Below, in pieces: positions 57,037 through 64,000 of a DNA stretch of 64,000 nucleotides (its first letter is position 1; every line of letters begins with the position of its first letter). The DNA is from an uncultured Eubacteriales bacterium. Lineage in GTDB: Bacteria; Bacillota; Clostridia; Oscillospirales; Acutalibacteraceae. A model generated the notes under the pieces. That model was not told where the DNA came from and did no database searches. It was given only the letters and a program-made list of their open reading frames with translations. The position numbers were made by a program, and so were the translations under genes. The stretch spans positions 20,833 through 84,832 of the forward strand of contig UQEU01000002.1 in the NCBI GenBank assembly GCA_900540085.1, given 5' to 3'.

Positions 57037-57345
57037 TTAAGCGTTAATCTTTGTAATCTCAACTTTTGTATATGGTTGACGATGACCTTTTTTACGCTTA
57101 GCATCTTTTTTGGGCTTATATGTGAAAACAGTGATTTTCTTGCCTTTGCCGTTTTTAACAGCTTTTGCCGTAACAGTTGCTGAAGAAGCGTCTGCGCCGA
57201 CTTTGATACCGTCTTCTGTACCTACTGCAAGAACATTGTCAAATGTTACTTCAGCGTCAGCCTCAACATCGAGTTTTTCAATGTAGAGAACATCGCCTTC
57301 AGAAACTTTGTACTGTTTTCCGCCGGTTACGATAACTGCATACAT
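57037..57345 (-). CDS. rplU: 50S ribosomal protein L21
   Basis: [25 protein letters not shown] is the canonical L21 N-terminus. Start at 57345 rather than the track start at 57399. Confidence 0.95.
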   Translation of the reverse strand: MYAVIVTGGKQYKVSEGDVLYIEKLDVEADAEVTFDNVLAVGTEDGIKVGADASSATVTAKAVKNGKGKKITVFTYKPKKDAKRKKGHRQPYTKVEITKINA

Positions 57346-57700
57346 TAAGCTATACCTTCCTTTTTCAAGACTCGCTATTTGGGGCGGAGACACGCTCACT
57401 TTGAAAAGCCCGTAATATGCGGTGTAAATATATTACCACAACAGTCAATACAAGTCAAGCATTTTTTATGTTTTATATTAAAATTAAGTTACTGATAAAC
57501 AAATAATAAATATATATATAAATGATAAGGATATTTTCGCACAATTAAATAAAAAATAATTTATATTGACTTATACTGTTTTTTGTGTTAAACTTATTTC
57601 GCTGTTACGGATTACTCGGTTTCGGGGGCAACCGTTTTCGGACTCACCTGCCCGATACTGTGTTTTTCGCTAAAGCAAATATTTTAATGAGGTGAAAATT

Positions 57701-57964
57701 ATGACACAAGCAGAAAAACAAGAAATCATCAAAGAATACGCTACACACGAAGGCGACACAGGTTCTGCAGAAGTTCAAATTGCAGTTCTCACAAGAAGAA
57801 TTAACGAACTCACAGAACACCTTAAAGTTCACAAAAAAGACCATCACTCAAGAAGAGGTCTTCTTAAAATGGTAGGTCACAGAAGAAACCTTCTTTCTTA
57901 TCTTCAAAAAACCGACATTGAAAGATACAGAAGCATCGTATCCCGTCTTGGTTTAAGAAAGTAA
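57701..57964 (+). CDS. rpsO: 30S ribosomal protein S15
   Basis: [34 protein letters not shown]... The ATG at 57701 with RBS GAGGTG is preferred. Confidence 0.95.
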   Translation: MTQAEKQEIIKEYATHEGDTGSAEVQIAVLTRRINELTEHLKVHKKDHHSRRGLLKMVGHRRNLLSYLQKTDIERYRSIVSRLGLRK

Positions 57965-57971
57965 GCAGTTT

Positions 57972-58012
57972 TAAGGCAGACGGCTGGTTCCGTCTGCCTT
58001 GTTTTTGATTTT
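57972..58012 (+). terminator. Terminator or attenuator between rpsO and pnp
   Basis: Hairpin aaggcagacggctggttccgtctgcctt followed by GTTTTTGATTTTT. Confidence 0.7.
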
Positions 58013-58127
58013 TAAAGGAGAATATGTTAGCAGTAAATTGAGCGCTCAAGTTACTTGTGCGTTGAATTTACGGCTAAACCTCTCCTTTATAAATAAAATT
58101 TACAATCTAAGGAAATGAGGTAAAAAA

Positions 58128-60320
58128 ATGTTTTTTAAGAATTTTAAAAAATGGGAAACTGAACTCGCAGGCAGAAAACTCACTCTTGAAACAGGCAAAA
58201 TGGCAGGTCTTGCAAACGCATCTGTCATGGCTCGCTACGGCGACACAAATGTACTTTGTAATGTTACTGCTTCAGCAAAACCAAGAGAAGGCGTTGACTT
58301 CTTCCCGCTTTCAGTTGACTACGAAGAAAAAATGTACTCGGTTGGCAGAATTCCCGGCTCTTTCCAGAGAAGAGAAAGCAGACCGTCAGAAAAAGCAATA
58401 CTCACATCTCGTTGCATAGACAGACCTATCCGTCCACTCTTCCCGAAAGATATGAGAAACGACTGTTCTGTTGTTGCTACCGTAATGAGCGTTGACCCCG
58501 ATTGCAGTCCTGAAATTACAGCAATGATTGGTGTTTCTGCCGCTATTGCTATTTCGGACATTCCGTGGGACGGTCCGATAAGCGGTGTTAATGTAGGTCT
58601 TGTTGACGGCGAAATCGTTATCAACCCGACTCTTGAGCAAAGAGAAAAATCAGACCTCAACCTCACAGTTGCTTCAACAGCAGACCTTGTTGCAATGATT
58701 GAAGCAGGCGGTAACGAGATTGATGACGACACAATGTTTAACGCTATCATGGCAGGCCACGAAGAAAACAAAAAGATTGTTAAATTCATTCAAGGCATTG
58801 CAGATGAAATCGGCAAGCCGAAATTTGAATTTGAGTCAAGCAATCCTGACCCTGAAATTATGGCAGAGATTGAAGATTTCTGTATTGAAGATGTTAAAAA
58901 AGCACTTGATACAGACGACAAACTTGTTCGTGATGAGGCTCTTCTTCCTATCTATGCCGCAGTTCACGAAAAATTCGACGAGCGTTTTGAAGGCTGTGAA
59001 GAAAAACTCGACGAAATTATGTACCTTGTTCAAAAACACGTTGTAAGAAGTTGGCTCAAAGACGAACACAAACGTGTTGACGGCAGAGGTATAGACGAAA
59101 TCAGACCTCTCAACGCAGAAGTTGACCTTATCGCAAGAGCACACGGTTCAGGTCTTTTCACAAGAGGACAAACACAAGTTCTTTCTGTTACAACACTCGG
59201 ACCTATCAGCGATGCTCAGCAGCTCGACGGTCTTGACGAACAAACAGAAAAAAGATATATCCACCACTACAACTTCCCAAGTTATTCAGTAGGCGAAACA
59301 AAACCTTCAAGAGGACCGGGACGCCGTGAAATCGGACACGGAGCACTTGCTGAAAAAGCGCTTCTCCCTGTCATCCCAAGCGTAGATGAGTTCCCTTATG
59401 CAATCAGAGTTGTATCTGAAGTTCTTTCTTCAAACGGTTCTACTTCACAAGGTTCAATCTGTGGCTCAACACTTTCACTTATGGCTGCCGGCGTACCGAT
59501 TAAAGCACCTGTTGCAGGTATCTCCTGCGGACTTATCACAGGCGACGAAGGCGTTTACGGCGACTTTATGACAATGGTTGACATTCAAGGTCTTGAAGAC
59601 TTCTACGGCGATATGGACTTCAAAGTTGCAGGTACTAAAAAAGGTATTACAGCAATTCAAATGGACCTCAAAGTACACGGTCTTACACCTGAAATCATTA
59701 AAGAAGCATTTGCAAAAACTCACAAAGCAAGAAACTATATTCTTGACGAAATTATGCTTCCTGTTATTTCCGAGCCGAGAAAAGAACTTTCTCCATACGC
59801 TCCTAAAATGCTTTCAACAAAAATCAATCCTGAAAAAATCGGCGATGTTATCGGTAAAGGCGGTAAAGTTATTCAGGAAATTCAGGCTAACTGCGATTGT
59901 AAAGTTAACATTGAAGAAGACGGTCGTGTGTTTGTAAGTTGTATAGATATTGAAAACGCAAAGCGTGCTATTTCACTTATCGAAACTATCGCAAACGACC
60001 CTGAAGTAGGCTCTTTCTACAACGGCGTTGTAACAAGAATTATGAACTTCGGTGCATTTGTTGAAATTGCTCCGGGTAAAGAAGGTCTTGTACACATTTC
60101 CCGTCTTGATGTTAAGAGAACTGAAAAAGTTGAAGATGTTGTAAGCGTAGGCGACTCAATCATCGTTAAAGTTATCGAAATCGACGAACAGGGCAGAATT
60201 AACCTTTCAAGAAGAGATGCACTCATCGAGCTTGAAGGTATGACTCCCGAAAACGATATTGAAGAAGAAACAAAAAGACCGAGACACAACAATCACGGCA
60301 AAAGAAGATTTGACAAATAA
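58128..60320 (+). CDS. pnp: Polyribonucleotide nucleotidyltransferase (PNPase)
   Basis: 730 aa. Two RNase PH domains, KH (GKVIQEI) and S1 (GAFVEI..GLVHIS) C-terminal domains. Confidence 0.95.
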   Translation: MFFKNFKKWETELAGRKLTLETGKMAGLANASVMARYGDTNVLCNVTASAKPREGVDFFPLSVDYEEKMYSVGRIPGSFQRRESRPSEKAILTSRCIDRPIRPLFPKDMRNDCSVVATVMSVDPDCSPEITAMIGVSAAIAISDIPWDGPISGVNVGLVDGEIVINPTLEQREKSDLNLTVASTADLVAMIEAGGNEIDDDTMFNAIMAGHEENKKIVKFIQGIADEIGKPKFEFESSNPDPEIMAEIEDFCIEDVKKALDTDDKLVRDEALLPIYAAVHEKFDERFEGCEEKLDEIMYLVQKHVVRSWLKDEHKRVDGRGIDEIRPLNAEVDLIARAHGSGLFTRGQTQVLSVTTLGPISDAQQLDGLDEQTEKRYIHHYNFPSYSVGETKPSRGPGRREIGHGALAEKALLPVIPSVDEFPYAIRVVSEVLSSNGSTSQGSICGSTLSLMAAGVPIKAPVAGISCGLITGDEGVYGDFMTMVDIQGLEDFYGDMDFKVAGTKKGITAIQMDLKVHGLTPEIIKEAFAKTHKARNYILDEIMLPVISEPRKELSPYAPKMLSTKINPEKIGDVIGKGGKVIQEIQANCDCKVNIEEDGRVFVSCIDIENAKRAISLIETIANDPEVGSFYNGVVTRIMNFGAFVEIAPGKEGLVHISRLDVKRTEKVEDVVSVGDSIIVKVIEIDEQGRINLSRRDALIELEGMTPENDIEEETKRPRHNNHGKRRFDK

Positions 60321-60386
60321 GAATTTCTTGTTTGATTAAAGATTAAACAAATCAAAGTTAAACAAGACAATTTAACTTTGATTTAC

Positions 60387-60434
60387 AGACCACTGTTTAG
60401 TTGAAAACGCAACTTTTCAGTGGTCTTTTTTAAA
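60387..60434 (+). terminator. Terminator after pnp
   Basis: Hairpin agaccactg...cagtggtct followed by T6. Confidence 0.7.
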
Positions 60435-60450
60435 CGGCAGGTGTCAAAAT

Positions 60451-61404
60451 ATGAAAACAAAAAATCTTAACTTAACAAACAGTTTTGTTGTAACGGCTCC
60501 GGCATTGCTCTGTTGTCTTTTATGGGGAAGTGCGTTTCCGTGTATTAAAATAGGATACAAACTTTTTGAAATAGGGGCAAACGACACTTTTACGCAAGTT
60601 CTCTTTGCAGGCGTGCGTTTTACAGTTGCAGGTGCACTTGTGATACTGTTTTCATCTGTTTCGGCAAAAAAGTTTCTTGTACCCGTCGAAAAAAGGACAA
60701 TATCACGGTGCTTTTACTTGAGCCTTATCCAAACTGTTGCGCAATATATATTTTTCTATATCGGACTTGCAAACACAAGCGGTGTAAACGCCTCTGTAAT
60801 TGAAGCTGTAAATGTATTTTTTGCAATCATCATATCGGCAATTTTCTTCAAACAGGAAAAACTTACCGCAAAAAGTATTATCGGCTGTACAATCGGATTT
60901 ATCGGCGTTGTAATCGTAAATATCTCTTCTGGAGAAAACACATTTTCTTTCAATTTTATGGGCGACGGAATGATAGTTCTTTCTGCACTCTCATACGCCC
61001 TTTCCTCCGTGCTGATAAAGGAATTTTCAAAAAAAGACAACCCCGTTGTGCTTGCAGGCTGGCAGTTTTTCATAGGCGGAATTATAATGAGCGTATTCGG
61101 TTTTGCTCTTGGAGGCAGAATAGAAAAATTCTCCCCGTCAGGTATTGCAATGCTTCTGTACCTTGCACTCGTTTCCGCCGTTGCATATACGGTTTGGGGA
61201 ATTTTGTTAAAACACAACGATGTTTCTAAAGTTACTGTCATCGGCTTTATGAACCCTGTTTTCGGTGTATTGCTTTCTGCTCTCGCACTCGGCGAAACAG
61301 CCGAGGCTTTCAGCGTTAAAAATCTCTTTGCACTCGTTCTTGTCTGCATAGGAATATTTGTTGTTAACAAAAAGTTAAAAACTAAAGAACATAAAACGAC
61401 ATAA
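60451..61404 (+). CDS. EamA/DMT-family transporter
   Basis: 317 aa, 10 TM, duplicated EamA halves. Confidence 0.8.
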   Translation: MKTKNLNLTNSFVVTAPALLCCLLWGSAFPCIKIGYKLFEIGANDTFTQVLFAGVRFTVAGALVILFSSVSAKKFLVPVEKRTISRCFYLSLIQTVAQYIFFYIGLANTSGVNASVIEAVNVFFAIIISAIFFKQEKLTAKSIIGCTIGFIGVVIVNISSGENTFSFNFMGDGMIVLSALSYALSSVLIKEFSKKDNPVVLAGWQFFIGGIIMSVFGFALGGRIEKFSPSGIAMLLYLALVSAVAYTVWGILLKHNDVSKVTVIGFMNPVFGVLLSALALGETAEAFSVKNLFALVLVCIGIFVVNKKLKTKEHKTT

Positions 61405-61588
61405 TATCGTTTTATACGGAAAGTTTATAAAATGTTTATCACTGTTTTGTGGAAAATAAAGTCATCAGTTGTTATAATTGATAAGACAACGCATTCAGCA
61501 ATAAAAATTCACAAAATACCGCACGGTTTTTAACTATGCATATTTGAAATTTTTCTGCTCTATGCAATAACCCCAAAGGAGAAAACTT

Positions 61589-63235
61589 ATGGCTTATAAT
61601 ACAGCGAGAACTATGTATGAAGGATTTAAAGAATCTGCAGATAAAAGAAAGGACGCACCTTGTTTTTACTATTACGGTGCAACGCTCACATGGAACGAAG
61701 TTTCCGAAATGATTGACACCTGTGCAGCCGCAATGGTTGCCTGCGGTGTAAAAAAAGGCGACAGAGTTACAATCTGTGCGCCGAATATGCCGCAATGTAT
61801 TGCGGCAATCTATGCAGTAAATAAAATCGGTGCAGTTGCATCTATGCTTCATCCTCTTTCTGTAAAGAGCGAGGCTGAATACGCCGTAAAACTTGTAGGA
61901 GCAAAATTTGCTTTTTGTTTCGATGTTTCCGAAAAAGCATTTGACGGAATGGATATTACACTTGTAAAATGCCCTACTGCTTACTACTTCCCAAAAACAT
62001 TAATGGGTACAATCTATAAAATGGGTTACAAAAAGAAAATCAAAGGCAAGACAGCACCTGCAAATGTAACAACAAAGTACGATTGGGCAGATTTTCTTAA
62101 ACTCGGCAAACAGTACATAAAAGAAAACGGAGTTCCCGAAACACAAGGCGGAGCTTATGATACTGCCGCTATAATGATGACAGGCGGTACAACGGGCAAC
62201 CCGAAAGGTGTAATGCTCCACAACAACGCTATCAATTCACTTTCTTACCAATTATTTGATGTAATTGATGATAAATTTGATGTTGACACTGACTGTATGC
62301 TTACGGCTCTTCCTGTTTTCCACGGATTTGGTTTTGCTCTTTGTATGCATGTTTCAATGCTTGCAGGTATTGCACAGTCACTCTTCCCGCAATTTGACGC
62401 AAGAATGTGTTCAAGTGCCATTAAAAAATATCATATCAACTTTGTTTTCGGAGTACCTGATTTCTTTGAAAAAGTTTACAAGGCAGGCTACCTTAAAGGC
62501 GTAGATATGAGCACTATGAAACTTATCGGCTCGGGCGGAGATGTTGTTCCGTACTCTCTTACAGAAAAAATGGACAGATTGCTTAAAGAAAACGGAGCAG
62601 GCGTTCATTTTGTTTCCGGCTACGGTCTTACAGAATGTGTAACGGTTTGTACATTTACAGACCCGCACAGAGAGGCTCCGCAAGGCTGTATCGGCATTCC
62701 GTGTTACAGAATTGAAACAATGACTGTTAAACCGGGTACAACAGAAGAAGTTAAGGGCGAAGACGGCGAACTTTGCGTTTACGGTCCTACTCTTATGCAG
62801 GGCTATTATCACGACGAAGAAGAAACAAACAAAGTGCTTATTAAACATGACGACGGCAAAGTTTGGCTTCACACAGGCGATATGTGCTTTATTGATGAAA
62901 AAGGCGATATTTATTACCGTCAGCGTCTTAAAAGAGTTTACAAAATCAGCGGATACCTTGTTTACCCAAGCTTTATCGAGGAAAGTTTCCGTGTAATGCC
63001 TGAAATTTACGACTGCTGTGTTATAGGCAAAGAGTACAACGGAAAAACAGCACTTAAACTTTTCGTTGTTAAAAATAAAAAGTTCAAAAATGACGATGAA
63101 GAAACACTCATTGCAAAGATTAAAGAGTTTGCTCTTCAAAACCTTTCAAAATGGAGTGTTCCGAGAGAAATTGTATTTATAGACGAACTTCCGAGAACAA
63201 AAATCGGCAAAGTTGACTTTAAAAAACTTTCTTGA
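61589..63235 (+). CDS. AMP-dependent synthetase/ligase (acyl-CoA or aryl-CoA ligase family)
   Basis: AMP-binding signature MMTGGTTGNPKGVML. Motif GYGLTE. C-terminal lysine region PRTKIGKVD. Confidence 0.8.
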   Translation: MAYNTARTMYEGFKESADKRKDAPCFYYYGATLTWNEVSEMIDTCAAAMVACGVKKGDRVTICAPNMPQCIAAIYAVNKIGAVASMLHPLSVKSEAEYAVKLVGAKFAFCFDVSEKAFDGMDITLVKCPTAYYFPKTLMGTIYKMGYKKKIKGKTAPANVTTKYDWADFLKLGKQYIKENGVPETQGGAYDTAAIMMTGGTTGNPKGVMLHNNAINSLSYQLFDVIDDKFDVDTDCMLTALPVFHGFGFALCMHVSMLAGIAQSLFPQFDARMCSSAIKKYHINFVFGVPDFFEKVYKAGYLKGVDMSTMKLIGSGGDVVPYSLTEKMDRLLKENGAGVHFVSGYGLTECVTVCTFTDPHREAPQGCIGIPCYRIETMTVKPGTTEEVKGEDGELCVYGPTLMQGYYHDEEETNKVLIKHDDGKVWLHTGDMCFIDEKGDIYYRQRLKRVYKISGYLVYPSFIEESFRVMPEIYDCCVIGKEYNGKTALKLFVVKNKKFKNDDEETLIAKIKEFALQNLSKWSVPREIVFIDELPRTKIGKVDFKKLS

Positions 63236-63242
63236 TATTATA

Positions 63243-63275
63243 AAACCGTAAGGATTTTTTCCTTACGGTTTTTTT
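63243..63275 (+). terminator. Terminator after the AMP-ligase gene
   Basis: Hairpin aaccgtaaggattttttccttacggtt followed by T7. Confidence 0.75.
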
Positions 63276-63295
63276 ATAAAGGATGGTGCAAAAAA

Positions 63296-64000
63296 TGAAC
63301 AAAACAGTAAACGAATTTTTAGAAAGAAATTTGCCTAAATTCAAAGATGATATTAATATATCGCTTTGTCAGGGGAAAAAAGATTTTTTTAAAATCGACT
63401 GTGCAGGTAACAAATTAAACATAAGTGCAAACAACTGTATTTCTGCATTTCACGGACTTTATGAATATTTAAAAAAATATTGCAATGTTCAACTTTCGTG
63501 GTGCGGCAACAGAAATATTGAAATTGACTCGTTAAAAATGTTCGACGGAGTTTTTTCAAAAACAACAGAACAAAAATACAGAGTTTATCTTAACTACTGT
63601 ACTCTCGACTACTCAATGTGTTGGTGGGACTTTGAAAAGTGGGAAAAAGAGATAGACTTTATGGCTATGAACGGCATAAATATGACTTTGGCGGTAATAG
63701 GCAGTGAAGCCGTACTTTATGAAACCCTGCTCAATTTTAAATGTTCAAAAGAAGAAGCTCTAAACTGCATTTCAGGTCCTGCTTTTTGGGCTTGGCAGTT
63801 GATGACAAACATTATAGGATACTTGCCGCCTAAAAGCGAAAAATATGTCTATGAAAGACTTGAACTCGGCAAAAAAATATTAAATCGTCTTGTTGAACTC
63901 GGAATACAACCTATTCAACAAGGATTTTCAGGCCATATTCCGACAATTCTAAAAGAAAAATATCCCAACGCCAACATACTTATGCAAAAAGGTTGGTGCA
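63296..64000 (+). CDS. Alpha-N-acetylglucosaminidase (GH89 / NAGLU-like), N-terminal part. The 3' end lies outside the window.
   Basis: Open frame from the ATG at 63296 to the window end. NAGLU N-terminal and TIM-barrel start (CWWDFEKWEKEIDFMAMNGINMTLAVIGSEAV ... GPAFWAWQLM). Confidence 0.75.

Noticed and set aside
1-64000. CRISPR arrays, IS elements and transposases
   Set aside because: No regularly spaced short repeats and no transposase-like ORFs were seen. The only recombinase is the decayed integrase at 28.1-28.8 kb.

Overview
The window is low-GC Firmicutes (Clostridia-like) chromosome. Most of it is conserved housekeeping genes, with an accessory segment of about 18 kb (27.4-45.5 kb) that starts at a tRNA-Pro gene. 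The core genes are a penicillin-binding-protein C-terminus, hflX, rsuA, a PucR-like regulator, a carbohydrate-utilisation cluster (GH4, PfkB kinase, esterase, PHP, GPH symporter, metallophosphoesterase), gap, proS, queT, nifS-nifU-rrf2, an SSS symporter, tRNA-Val, mrnC, obg, rpmA-prp-rplU, rpsO, pnp, an AMP-ligase and a partial GH89. A GH38 alpha-mannosidase and an acyltransferase are inserted inside the conserved rplU-prp-rpmA / obg cluster. The accessory segment has three parts. First, a decayed integrase next to tRNA-Pro with mosaic high-GC DNA. Second, a graveyard of disrupted defence genes: an AbiH-like gene, an extra peptide deformylase, a frameshifted RecF/SMC-like ABC ATPase with an HNH-like zinc-ribbon and a helical partner, and a NUDIX fragment. 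Third, and most interesting, a 1957-aa RHS/YD-repeat polymorphic toxin with an unrecognised C-terminal domain after a DPTGF motif. It is followed by a two-TM candidate immunity gene and a degraded orphan RHS-CT module flanked by a ~40-bp direct repeat. Immediately upstream sits an agr-like quorum-sensing locus: an XRE regulator, a LytTR response regulator and an HPK10 histidine kinase on the minus strand, and divergently a 49-aa cysteine-free peptide overlapping an AgrB homolog plus a zinc-ribbon miniprotein. An identical 17-bp motif abuts the -35 element of both the peptide/agrB promoter and the rhs promoter. A 16-nt exact repeat also links the kinase start and the rhs 5' UTR. Together these suggest a quorum-sensing-controlled contact-dependent toxin system. 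Other observations are a flavoprotein gene with an in-frame TGA, a maltose-acetyltransferase N-terminal remnant, and an Rrf2-type palindromic operator at the nifS promoter.
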